A stretch of DNA of 64,000 nucleotides from Candidatus Eiseniibacteriota bacterium (GCA_963703225.1 OY969801.1:2016001-2080000), one strand, 5' to 3'; positions 12,701 to 22,569 are shown, counted from the stretch's first letter. Translations and numbers: made by a program. The notes: generated by a model from the sequence alone, not told the origin.

Positions 12701-14322
12701 GCGCCCGTCGACCCGTTGATGGTGGCACCCGCAGGGGCACCCGCATCGAGCGAGAAGGTGAGAACCTGGCCAGCATTCGGATCCGTCGCCGTCACCGTGA
12801 AGGTGAGCGCCGTCAGCTCCGCAACCGTCCTGTTCCCAGGGCTCGTCACCACCGGCGGCAGGTTTGCAGCCGCGTTCACCGTGATCGTGATCGCCTCGGA
12901 GGCGCTCAAGCTCCCTGAGTCGGTCACTCGGACCGTAACCGGGAAGCTGCCCGTCGCGGGGGGCGTCCAGGTGAATACGCCCGTTGCGCCGACAATCGCC
13001 GCACCGGCAGGGGCGCCGGCATCGAGCGAGAACGTCAGTGCTTGCGCCGGAAGATCGGCGTCGGTCGCCGTCGCCGTGAAGGTGAGTAGCGTCGAAACCT
13101 GAACTGTCTTGTTCCCAATCGCGGCCAGAACCGGCGCCACGTTGACTTCGGTAACCGAAATCGTGATCGGGGCGGTCCCGGCAAGCACCGGGGTCCCGTT
13201 ATCCGTCGCGCGAATGGTCACGGGGAATGTCCCAGGGCCCTGCGCTTCGGTCGGGGTCCAGGCGAACGCACCCGTGCCAGCGCCAATCGTCGCGCCGGCC
13301 GGAGCACCCGCGTCCAAGGACCAGGTAATCGTGTTTGCCGGAAGGTCGGTATCCGTCGCCGTCACCGTAAACGTGAGTGGCGTCAACTCGGCTACCGTCT
13401 TGTTGCCCGGAGGCGTCACCACCGGCGCCACGTTCACCTCAGTGACGGTGACCGTGAATCCACGAGTGCTGCTAGCCGACGGCGTCCCGTTGTCCGTCCC
13501 GCGGATCGAGATCGGGAACACGCCAGGCCCCTGCGCCTCAGACGGAGTCCACGAGAAGGCCCCCGTCGGGCTGATCGCCGCACCGGTCGGAAATCCCGGC
13601 TCCAGCGAGAAGGATACCGTCTGGCCGGCGTCCGGATCGGTCGCCGTCGCCGTGAACGTCAAGGGAGTTAGCTCAGGGACGGTCCGAGGTCCCGGATCCG
13701 TCACCGTCGGCGGGTTGTTCACCGCACCCGCGGCCGCCGCGAGACCATCCACGTCGGTCCAGTCGGAACCGCCGCTGCCACCCGTTAGCTTGTAGGTGTT
13801 GTCGAAATCGTTGCCCGAGCAGTTGGTGCCGAAGGACGTGAAGTTACCGCTGAAGAAATCGTTGATGTCGATCCGCGGGGTTCCAGTGACTCCCGTGATC
13901 GTGAGCGTGAAGCACCGGTACGAAGCCGGGGGCTGGATGTCGACCTGCGCCCCGCCCTGCGCGTACAGGAAGTTAATACCGTCAGGATTGACATTGAGGA
14001 GAACATTGCCGAATTGAGGGATGCGGTTCGTCGGCGCCGCGTAGGTCACGGTGCCGTTCACCGCGTGCAGAACCGTGGCGTACGAAACGATGCTCAACGG
14101 CCCGTCGCCGGTGTCGCACGTGGCGGTCGAGCCGTCGCGATTCTGGTTCGTCTTCAGGTAGACGTCCACCGTCGTGGGCGTGCCGTTCGCGTTCAGGCGG
14201 TCACCAGTGTCAGCTACCCCGTTCGCGTTCGAATCGAGGTACATGTACTGGGCCGAAGCCACCTGCGCGAAACCGGCGACCGCCACGACCACAAACAATG
14301 TCGTGAGAAGCCGTCTCAACAT
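3767..14322 (-). CDS. Giant (~3,517 aa) cadherin/Ig-like repeat adhesin with PKD domain and FlgD-Ig/T9SS-like CTD; split by six single-base indels
   Basis: ATG 14322 with GGAGGT RBS and signal peptide MLRRLLTTLFVVVAVAGFAQVASA. ORF pieces 12112-14529, 9876-12455, 9710-9967, 7618-9663 and 3767-7648 join when indels near 12423, 10028, 9833, 9810, 9731 and 7657 are corrected against sister repeats (net +2 nt gives 3518 codons). PKD motif YAWDFGD; ends SGVYYYR...SFIVMK. Confidence 0.88.
5643..13719 (-). repeat. 28 tandem ~290-nt coding repeats (N.AP...FT.TATD...FSWTP...TDNG.P)
   Basis: Counted in the translations; recurrent DNA such as ccgttgtccgtc, gtccagct.aaggc and cgccacgttcacctc. Confidence 0.95.
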
Positions 14323-14369
14323 GATGTTCAACCTCCGAATTCCCGAGTGAAGGAACCGACTGATCCGAG

Positions 14370-14480
14370 GCAGCAGTCCCCGGAGCGGGACCAGAACCCT
14401 TTCGCCACTCCCGGCCTGTCCGGGTCGTGGCCACCGCGGGCACGAGACTGAGCCCCGAGGGGCGCCGCGGTGGTGCTGCG
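14370..14480 (-). promoter_or_regulatory. Structured multi-stem element in the 5' region of the giant adhesin gene
   Basis: Closing stem gcagca/tgctgc encloses ccaccgcgg/ccgcggtgg, ccac..ccgg/ccgg..gtgg and gtccc/gggac stems. Confidence 0.4.
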
Positions 14481-14605
14481 AGACGACGAATTCTCCGTGA
14501 ATTGACTCCCCTTCGTGTACCACCTCCATTCCCTTTCGAGTTTTGTGGTTGGCATGATCCTTTCGTTGTCGAATGTCGAGCGTTTCACGGTTTGAGCCTC
14601 CGCCA

Positions 14606-16238
14606 TTACTTGACCATCATGAGCCGCGCCGAGGCCCGGCTCTTTCTAGTCTCCACCCGGGCGAAGTAGACGCCCGAGGGGAGATCGCGTCCGTCATCCG
14701 ACTTGCCGTTCCACCGCACGCGGAAGATCCCCGCCCCCAGCGCCTCGTTCACCAGCGTCGCGACCCGTTTCCCCTGCAGGTCGAAGATTCGAAGCGTCGC
14801 CGGTCCGGGCGTGGGCACCGAGAATTCGATCGTGGTGCTCGGATTGAACGGATTGGGGTAGATCCTCTGCACCGCGGCGCGGGCGCTGACCGGGACGGCG
14901 TCAACCGCTTCCACGCCGGTGAGCGTGTAGATGAAATAGAGGCCGATGTTGTCGAAATAGACCCCCTCCGTGACGGATCCCCAGCCGGGTCAACTCGCCG
15001 CTGTCCGAGATCGGCTTCTCATCGCGGATCCGGAAGCCGAGCCGGATATAGGGGGTGCCGGGCTGGAGCCCGGTGCGGGCCGTGAAGTAGGGGTCGAACT
15101 CGACGTAGCTCCCCTCGACGCACTGCGGGACCCCGCCGAAGAACACAATCGGATCGAAGGCGTTCCGCCACGGTGTCCAAGCGGTGCTATCCGTGCGACC
15201 CGAAATCCAGAGCGACCAGGAGACCCCGTTATTTAGAGGCAGGTTGATCCAATTGTCGAATTGGAGCCTGAGCCTGGAGTTGGTGGCCAGGTGGGCACCC
15301 GTGATGTCGATCTGCGGCGTGGTGACCATGGCGTCCGTGAAGTCGGGCACCGATCCGAAACCGAAGCCCGAGAACGGAACCCAGAGGTTCGTGCTCAGGA
15401 AGAAGCAGGTGGCGGGCGTGGAGGTGCTCGGCGAGTTTTCCACGTGCCAGAGCGTCCCGGGATCGGGCGAGCTGGCGACCCAATTCGTGGCGGCGCCCTC
15501 GTTATCGTCGAAGAATTTCACCACGCTCCCCGACGCGGTGACCTTGACGTCGTCGATCGACCAGCCCGTCCAAACATCGTTCGAGTCCTCGCGGGAGAAC
15601 GAAAGGTCCGACCCGAAGAGGAACATGAGCTGGATCGGCTGCGGCCGGGTGGTCCAGCTGTTCGGGATCGTCAGCGATGCGTTCACGCAGCTCGAGCCGA
15701 GATCACCGGAGTAGTTAGCGAGCGTGTCCCAAACGGAGGACGCGGTTCCATCGTGGATCATCACCCGGCCCCAGTCGTACCCCTCTTCCGACCGAAGGCG
15801 GTGCTTGAACGTGAGCACGTTGCCGGTCGAGCCGGCCAGGTTGATCGGCACGTTCGTCTTCAACGTCTGGACCCAGTTGTTCCCGTAACCTTCTCCATAC
15901 GTGAGGCCCGTCACGCCGCACCACCACGCCTGACCGACGCACGATTCCGTGCCGGAGACCCGGTGCCACGCGTTGGGCTGCCCCTGGCGGTAATCGACAA
16001 GCCCCCAGTCGGAGGTGCTCCCCTCGATGTCCGTGAAGTAGACCTGGTGCTTGATCGTGGTCTCGGAGACGGCGGGGGTCTGCTGCGGGCGCGGGCCGAT
16101 GGAAAACACGTCGTACATGTCCTTCGGCACCGACTTTCCCGCGAATGCGTTGGGGACGAAGCCAAGCGCGAGCACGCTCACGAGAACTACCAAAGGAGCG
16201 AAGCGGGACGGAGAGGACAAGGAATCAAAACGGAGCAC
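14606..16238 (-). CDS. Secreted MAM/immune-inhibitor-A-like protein with FlgD-Ig/T9SS-like CTD (paralog 2); one indel near 14970
   Basis: Highly similar to 1796-3436 (QTPAVSETTIKHQ, CVGQAWWCGVTGLTYG, SSCVNAS.TIPNSWTTRPQP). ORFs 14901-16238 and 14606-14914 join; ends RLMMVK. Confidence 0.82.
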
Positions 16239-16316
16239 CGGGGGAACCTCGCGTAGGTTGTCGGTTCTAAGGATGCTTGAGGTTTCTGGTGTTGCTCGCC
16301 TCGACCCCTAGGTAAC

Positions 16317-16370
16317 AAAAAAACGAGGCAAATGCACGCCGACCAATGCGGCCGACATGCTCCTGCCTCG
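16317..16370 (-). terminator. Intrinsic terminator
   Basis: Minus strand cgaggca..gcatgtcggcc-gcatt-ggtcggcgtgc..tgcctcg followed by T7 (16323-16317). Confidence 0.8.
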
Positions 16371-16505
16371 AGCAGTAACCACGAAACGGCTAAACGCGAA
16401 ACGGGGAGATTTCGCCATCGCCTCTTCTTGGTGCTGACCTGTGGGGGCTTTCGCCCCGCGCCTCTGTGGCTGATCTCGCTTCGCCGAAGGGGACTATGCG
16501 AAGTG
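16317..16505 (-). ncRNA. Putative ~190-nt sRNA or attenuator/riboswitch leader of unknown family
   Basis: Bounded by a near-consensus promoter and an intrinsic terminator; 5' hairpin tctcacttcgc/gcgaagcgaga, GNRA hairpin ggggc-gaaa-gcccc, long-range stem agccac/gtggtt. Confidence 0.55.
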
Positions 16506-16510
16506 AGACT

Positions 16511-16539
16511 ATTATAGCACTTTCAGTTGCGGGGGTCAA
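16511..16539 (-). promoter_or_regulatory. sigma70-type promoter
   Basis: TTGACC-17 nt-TATAAT with extended -10 TG. Confidence 0.8.
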
Positions 16540-16602
16540 TGGCCAAGGGGCCGAAGACCTTCGGATCCAAGCCTGGGACTCCCGACAAATTTCTAAGTTA
16601 AC

Positions 16603-18223
16603 TTACTTCAACAAGTTGACCGTCTTGGTCGCGTACGAGCCGCCCCCCTCAAGCCTCATGAAGTAGGTCCCAGAGGCGAGGGCTCGCCCGTGATCGTCCC
16701 TTCCGTCCCACTGGACTTCTCTCTGACCGGCCGCGAGATAGGAGTCCACCAGCGTCCGGACGAGCCGTCCGTGCACGTCGAATACCCGCAGGGAAGTCTG
16801 GGCATCCCGCTCCATCCGGAACACGATCTTGGTGGATGGATTGAATGGATTGGGATAGTTCCGCAGCAGCCGGGTAAGGGGAGGCGCGGCGACGGTCTCG
16901 ATGCCGGTGACTTGCCCGGTCCCAACCTTGTAGTAGACCTCGCGATTCTTCCCGGTCGACGCAGGGAGCCGGTGGTCGGTCCAGGCGACGAAGAGGTCGC
17001 CCACGCCATCGTGGACGATGGTCGGGAATTGTTGCATGGAGTTGGTGGTGTCGGAGGCCGCCGAGACAAGCGGGACATCTCCCTGCCAGGTGTTTCCCTT
17101 GCGCTCCTGGTAGTAGATGTCGGGATTGCCCGTGCCGTTTCTCTGATCGGTCCAGACGACGTAGAGGTTGCTCATCGGGTCCGAATCAATGACCGGCTCG
17201 CTCTGAGTGGCGGTGTTCACGGTGAGGCGAACGTCGGTCGCGCTCCAGCCGGTGGCTGGCAGGAACTCCTTATAGTAGATCTCGTTGTTTCCGTCCCGAT
17301 TGTCCCGCCAAACCAGGTGGGCTCGGCCCGATCGGCTCGTGGTGATCGAGGGCTGCGTGGCGGCGCCCGTGCTGAACACGAGCTGCTGCGTCCGCGGTCC
17401 ACCCGCTCCCTGGCACGAATCGCTTGGTCCAGATCTGCTGCGTTCCGCTTCGCGTGTCCACCCAGACGACGTGCACAATGCCGGTCCGTGTGGTGGCGAT
17501 CGACGGGCTGCCCGATACGGCCGGGTCGTTGGTCAGCTGCTGCGCCGCCCCCATGACTCGGGTGGTCGTGTTGTAGATGGCGTAGTACAGATCGGATGGC
17601 GCGCCTTCCGTCGGCGGTTTCTGCCAGACGATCCAGACGCGGGACGAATCGCCGCGTGCCAGCACCGGCGAGGTGGCGGCGCTCACGGAGTCATAGGGCG
17701 AGACCTGAAGCTCCGGCCCAAATCCGACGCCCGCCTGAGACTGGAAGGTCCGGAAGAAGATCGTGGAGGAGATCGGCGGTCCCGTGGGGGGTATCGAGAA
17801 CAGGCGAGCGTCCTGCCAGGTAATGTAGACCCGTCCGCTATCGCTCAGCGTCGTCGAATCGGTATCGCCCCATGGGAGGGTCGCCAGAGAGGGATACATC
17901 GATGGATTGTAGGAATTGGTGACCCGGGTGATCGACGGGGAGCCAAAGTTATAGACGAACCGACGGAAGTAGATCTCGAAATTGTTGTCGAGCCCCACCT
18001 TGTTCCGGTTGTCGAAGAAGGCAATGTAGAGGTTATTGCTGTCGTCGACGACCGCCGATCGCTGCCCGTTCAGGGACGTGTACGTCTCGTTGACGTCCCC
18101 TCCGGAGATGTTGAAGTCGGGACTCCACGTTGGTGCGGCGTCGGCTGTCGCGACGCCCACGAACAGGGCCAACGCGATCAAGAGGGGGGATAGCCGGCGC
18201 CCCTTCACCAGGGCGAAGCGCAT
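16603..18223 (-). CDS. Secreted repeat (beta-propeller-like) protein with FlgD-Ig/T9SS-like CTD; one indel near 17395
   Basis: ATG 18223 with GGAGGT RBS; signal peptide LALFVGVATADA; repeated P.I..D..G..(Y/H)(V/L)VW.D.R.G...IYY units; CTD NYPNPFNPSTKI...SGTYF...TVNLLK. Confidence 0.8.
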
Positions 18224-18411
18224 GAAAAACCTCCCAGGGTGTACTTCGAAAGGGTCGAAGCGATGCGCGGCATGATTCAACGAGCTCGTGGTTCCGGCCC
18301 GGCCCGGCGGAAGGATGGAATTCAAGCTCCCTCGATGCGATGCCAAGGATGTCGAAGCTGTGAGCACAAATACTGGCGGGCGGAATTCGCCCAAGACGTA
18401 GCCTCGCCCAT

Positions 18412-18440
18412 ATTATACCTCTTCAGGCGACGGCTGGCAA
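18412..18440 (-). promoter_or_regulatory. sigma70-type promoter
   Basis: TTGCCA-17 nt-TATAAT, about 190 nt upstream of ATG 18223. Confidence 0.7.
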
Positions 18441-18464
18441 GCCCACTCTGGAGCGCGATCTAGG

Positions 18465-18544
18465 GGCTTTTCGGAGGCCCCCGAAAAGCCGTGAAGCCCG
18501 GCCGCCGCCGCGGGGTCGGCCCGCTGCGGACGGCCAGGGCTTCA
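18465..18544 (-). terminator. Two adjacent hairpins downstream of the 18597 gene
   Basis: ggcttttcgg/ccgaaaagcc and tgaagccc-ggccg...cggcc-agggcttca inverted repeats. Confidence 0.5.
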
Positions 18545-18596
18545 GTGCTTCAAACTTGCTTTAGAAGGCTCTGAACTCCGCCTTCTTCAAATCTCC

Positions 18597-20279
18597 TTAC
18601 TTCGTCAACGCCAGCTTCAGGACCGAGGACTCTTCCCCACCGGCCGTCTTCTGGCTCGTCTTCACGAAATAGATGCCCGACGGCACATGGCGGCCCTGGT
18701 CATCCGTTCCGTTCCAGCGAACGGCGTAGGTGCCCGCGTTCGTGTACTCGCCCTGCTTCAGGGTGCGGACGAGCCGACCGGAAACACCATAGATCCGCAT
18801 GCTCACGGCGCCGTTGTTCTTCACCGAGTACGAGATCGACGTCTCCGGATTGAACGGGTTCGGATACGCCAACGACGCGACCGGGAAGTGCAGGCCCCAG
18901 GTCCGGATCGTCGCCGAGCGCACCGCGCGGAGCGGAACCGTCCCGCCCGACTCGATGAAGTTGCCCGTGATGATCAGGTTCGCGGTGGCCTTGTCCGGCG
19001 TCTTGCTGAAGAGCTTGAAGAGACACCAGTTGCTGAAATAGATGTCGAAGTCGGTGACGCCGTCGGCATCCATGTCACCGTACTTGATGAACCGAGTGTC
19101 CGCCGGGCAGGTCGACACCGCACCCGAGTTCGGATAGTCGGTGGAGAGTGCGAGCGACGCCACGTCGAGATCCGTGTACGGGAGCAGCACTTCCTCGATC
19201 CCAATCTTGGTCCAGAAGATGAGCCAACGAGTGTCGAGGGTCGAACCATTCTTGGGCAGGATGATCTGCGCGTCGATCTCGGTCTTGATCGTGACCGCGG
19301 CGACGTCTGACGAACAGAGCGGCGGCGTGCCGTTGTCGCAAACCGTCAAGCTCGCGAGGAAGCTGCCCTGAGTCTGATACGTGTGCTGCGGGTTCTTGGC
19401 TGTTCGACGTGCCGCCATCCCCAAAGTTCCAGGCGTAGGTCAACGTCTGGCCCGCGTCCGGATCGGAGGAAGCGTTCGCGTTGAACTGCACGGGGCGATT
19501 CGTCGCGCCGAGATACGTCCCGCCGGCATTCGCCACCGGCGGCTGGTTGGTCAGCGAAACCATGATGCTGATCGTCTCGTCGTCGGAGAGACGGGAATCT
19601 GACACGGAGAACGTGACCGAGTACGTTCCCGACCTCGGCTGCCAGTCGGCGTCCAGGAGAAAGCGCCCGTGCCCGTGTCGAACGTCGCGCCCGGCGGGAG
19701 CCCGGCGCCCATACTCAACGACAACACGTCATCCACGGTGTCGTCCAGATCGTTCGCCGTCACGGTGAACGTCAGCGGCGTGAACGCCGCCACCGTCTTA
19801 TTTCCGATCGGTGAAAGCACAGGAGCCGAATTGCCCTGCCCCGATAGCGGAACCACTTGCGTCCCGTTCGTCGCATTGCTCGTGATCGTCATGGTCGCGG
19901 GGTGCGAGGTACCGTCGAGTGGGTGGAAATCCACCGGCAGGTTGTAGTTCGTCCCCGGGCTCAAGCCGCCCGCCACGACCGCGAGGCTGTACGACGGGTC
20001 GCTGAAGGCAATGTTCAGGACGTTCAGGAAAGCATCTCCCGTGTTCGCGATATTGATGTTTACCGTCCCCGTCGTCCCCTTGTTCACGATTCCGAAGTTC
20101 AAGGTGGTCGGCGAGAGCGTGATGACCGGCCCGCTGACCGCGGTCGCATGAACGGCCGCACTCGAGGCGAGCATCTCCGTCAGGTCCTGCCCCTGGCCGG
20201 CGGCCACGGCAATCCCGGGCACGAGGGCAAAGGTCAGGAGCCCCAGGAGAACGACTTTTAGAGAAGCTCGGTTGCGCAT
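18597..20279 (-). CDS. Secreted protein: ASPM/Hydin-like Ig, putative Ig repeat, PKD, unknown domain, FlgD-Ig/T9SS-like CTD; compensating indels near 19635 and 19400
   Basis: Signal peptide; LSPTTLNFG...I.NTG...SNA.N Ig domain; NSAPVL..IGNKTV repeat like the adhesin; YAWNFGDG PKD; YPNPFNPETSI...SGIYF...KLALTK. ORFs 19551-20279, 19075-19605 and 18597-19424 join. Confidence 0.78.
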
Positions 20280-20428
20280 TGCTTGTCCTCCCTTATTCGA
20301 AACCCAAAGCCAGTGAAGCGATCCGATGTGATTCGAGCATTAGCCGAATACGATCGACGACCGGATGCTCACCTCCTCTCGCTCTCGATCCTTCGATTGG
20401 ATTTCTGCATCACGTCCCATTAAAAGGT

Positions 20429-22432
20429 TCACTGTACCGTTGTCTCGTGTTGGCCCGGAAGAGATCCACGCATCGCCGCGGCGCGGGCCGAGCCGGGGTC
20501 GCGTTCCAAAGCGGTGGAAATCAGACGGCTTGCTTCCGCCACGTCGCCGTCCTGGATCTTCAGCGTCGCCAGGTTGAGAAGTGGATCCACGAAATCGCGG
20601 CGCCCTTCCGTCGCCAAGCGAAACGCCTCGGTGGCCCCTGCCCGGTCGCCCGTGGCGAGGAGCGCGACGCCGAGGTCATTGCGAATCTCCGCGTAATAGG
20701 GGTTCTGCGACAGAGCCGCCCGAAGCTCTCGAAGCGCGGCCACGGCGCCGCTTGGGGCGAACTCCGTCGAATGGGCGAGATAGAGCCGGGCGAGCAAGTG
20801 GCGCGTCACCGGATCGCTCCCGTTGATCGCGATGGCGTGGCGATAGGCGCCTTCGGCCTCATGGAGCGCGAGAGCGCCGCGCCCCGCACGGGCCGCGGTC
20901 TCCGCCGCCTCGGCCCGACCGGCCCAGCAGCCCTCATCCCACGGCGCAAGCGCCGTGGCCGCCGCGTAGTCCGCCGCAGCGCGATCGATCGCGCCCGCCG
21001 CGAGCGCGGCCGCCCCGTGACGCGACTCGGCGGCCGCAGCGACGCTGGCCCCGCTCACGCCCAGGCCCAAAACGGCGGCCAAGAGGGCGACGCCAGCGAG
21101 CCGGCGCGTCATCGAGCCGGTCGCGACCCTTGGCCCCGGCGCGGCCGCGGCCAGAAGACCGAGGTTCGCGAAGAGGAGAGTGCCGTGCGGGACGAGCGAC
21201 AGGTTGTCCTCGAGCGCCGCGTGCGCGAGAAGAGCGGCCACGGAGGCGACGAGACCGGCGGCGATCAACCGAGTCTCCGCCGAGCCCGACCCCAGAGCCG
21301 CCAATCCAGCCCCCGCGCAAAGCGCCACGAGCGCCAGGAATGCGGCGAGACCCAGTGCGCCGCGCTCCGAGAGCGTCTCGAGGTAGTAGCTATGCGCTTG
21401 GTCAGCGGTGCGCCCGCCCTCCGCTTCGAGCCGCTTCAGCGTGTCGCTCTTGGAGCGATCGTAGGCTTCGCGGAACGCGCCGATTCCCCATCCGCTCACG
21501 GGGCGGGCCGCGAAGGCAGCGATGGCACCCGACCAGACCGCGCGCCGCATGGCCCTGCTTCCCTCCCGCTCGGGATCGATGGGCAGATTCCACGCCGGCG
21601 CGTCAGAGGGCTTGGGGGCAATGCGATGGAGAATGGAAGGCAGCAGCAACATCGCGGGCGTCACCAGGGCGGCGACCGAGAGCCCAATCAGGAGCGGGCG
21701 CGGCGCCAGCTCCGGCCATCGCAAGAGCAGCGCCGCGAGCATGACGATCCCGACGGCAAACCCGATCCAGGCGCCGCGGGAGTAGGTCGCGACGAGGCAG
21801 AGCGTGAGCCCGAATACGGAGACGAGTAGAGCGGAACGGAGCCAGCGGTCGTGGACCGCGAAGGAGAGTGCGAGGGCGACCGGAATGAGGGCGATCAAGT
21901 ATCCGCCCAGACGATTCGGTTGGCCAAACGGGCCGAGGGCACGACCCGGGTAGGCATTGCCCGCGGGCACGAGATCGGGACGGAAGTGCTGCGCGATCCC
22001 GAGCGCTGCCACGGGGACGGCCGCAAGAATTTCGAGCAGCGCGATGCCGCGGAGCATTCTGCTGCCCCGCAATGCGACCGCCGCAGTGAGGAAGAGCCCT
22101 GTGATGGCGAGTAAGTTGAGCATGGCTTCGAGACTCTTGCCCCGATGGACCGAGATCGTCGCCGAGAGGACGGATGTCGCCACGATGAGGAAACACCCCA
22201 CCGCCGCTCTAACCGCCCACCGGCCGGGTTTGAGCACGCCCCTCAATCCGCCGAGCGAAATAGCACCGAGCGCGGTCAGTCCGATCGCACGAAACGCGAA
22301 CACTGCCCACGGTGCTTCCGCACCGACAACCCACGGAGTGAAACTTAATGCCGCGATCAGGGTAATAGTTGCGAGTAGGGTGGAGTCTCCGCCGCCTGCA
22401 TGTGCCCTGGGCTCCCGGCCCGAAGCGGCCAT
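20429..22432 (-). CDS. O-antigen ligase/oligosaccharyltransferase-family membrane protein with C-terminal TPRs
   Basis: Multiple TM helices; RALGPFGQPN, TYSRGAW, R..VW..AI..FAARP..GWG.GAF, AHSYYLETL.E.G motifs; TPR-like helical C-terminus. Confidence 0.85.
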   Translation of the reverse strand: MAASGREPRAHAGGGDSTLLATITLIAALSFTPWVVGAEAPWAVFAFRAIGLTALGAISLGGLRGVLKPGRWAVRAAVGCFLIVATSVLSATISVHRGKSLEAMLNLLAITGLFLTAAVALRGSRMLRGIALLEILAAVPVAALGIAQHFRPDLVPAGNAYPGRALGPFGQPNRLGGYLIALIPVALALSFAVHDRWLRSALLVSVFGLTLCLVATYSRGAWIGFAVGIVMLAALLLRWPELAPRPLLIGLSVAALVTPAMLLLPSILHRIAPKPSDAPAWNLPIDPEREGSRAMRRAVWSGAIAAFAARPVSGWGIGAFREAYDRSKSDTLKRLEAEGGRTADQAHSYYLETLSERGALGLAAFLALVALCAGAGLAALGSGSAETRLIAAGLVASVAALLAHAALEDNLSLVPHGTLLFANLGLLAAAAPGPRVATGSMTRRLAGVALLAAVLGLGVSGASVAAAAESRHGAAALAAGAIDRAAADYAAATALAPWDEGCWAGRAEAAETAARAGRGALALHEAEGAYRHAIAINGSDPVTRHLLARLYLAHSTEFAPSGAVAALRELRAALSQNPYYAEIRNDLGVALLATGDRAGATEAFRLATEGRRDFVDPLLNLATLKIQDGDVAEASRLISTALERDPGSARAAAMRGSLPGQHETTVQ

Positions 22433-22497
22433 GTTTTCTCCTGTCGGAGGATCCCTACCCTTAAGTGCCCTCTGAGCGCGGATTTACCGCACGAACC

Positions 22498-22526
22498 AGT
22501 ATAGCAACAGTGCCCCTCCGAGTCAA
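22498..22526 (-). promoter_or_regulatory. sigma70-type promoter
   Basis: TTGACT-17 nt-TATACT with extended -10 TG, upstream of the ligase-family gene. Confidence 0.7.
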
Positions 22527-22569
22527 CTAAAAAAGCTTTACACAGTTCCGATGGCTATATTCACGCCTT

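Noticed and set aside
5643..13719. CRISPR array or diversity-generating retroelement
   Set aside because: The repeats are ~290-nt coding units with no unique spacers; there is no cas gene, no reverse transcriptase and no evident adenine-specific variation.
5652..13795. Very long plus-strand ORFs antisense to the adhesin repeats (e.g. 6494-10087, 10852-12918)
   Set aside because: These are mirror-frame artefacts: the GC-rich sense frame rarely uses TTA/CTA/TCA, so the antisense frame lacks stops. They have no recognisable motifs.
14514..14531. T-box-like aatggaggtggtacacg in the adhesin leader
   Set aside because: Imperfect match, no stem I/specifier or downstream terminator, and an implausible target gene.
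16400..16490. Assigning the leader RNA to c-di-GMP-I, fluoride riboswitch, SRP or 6S families
   Set aside because: Only short fragments resemble these; the required stems and conserved motifs are not present, so the RNA is left unassigned.
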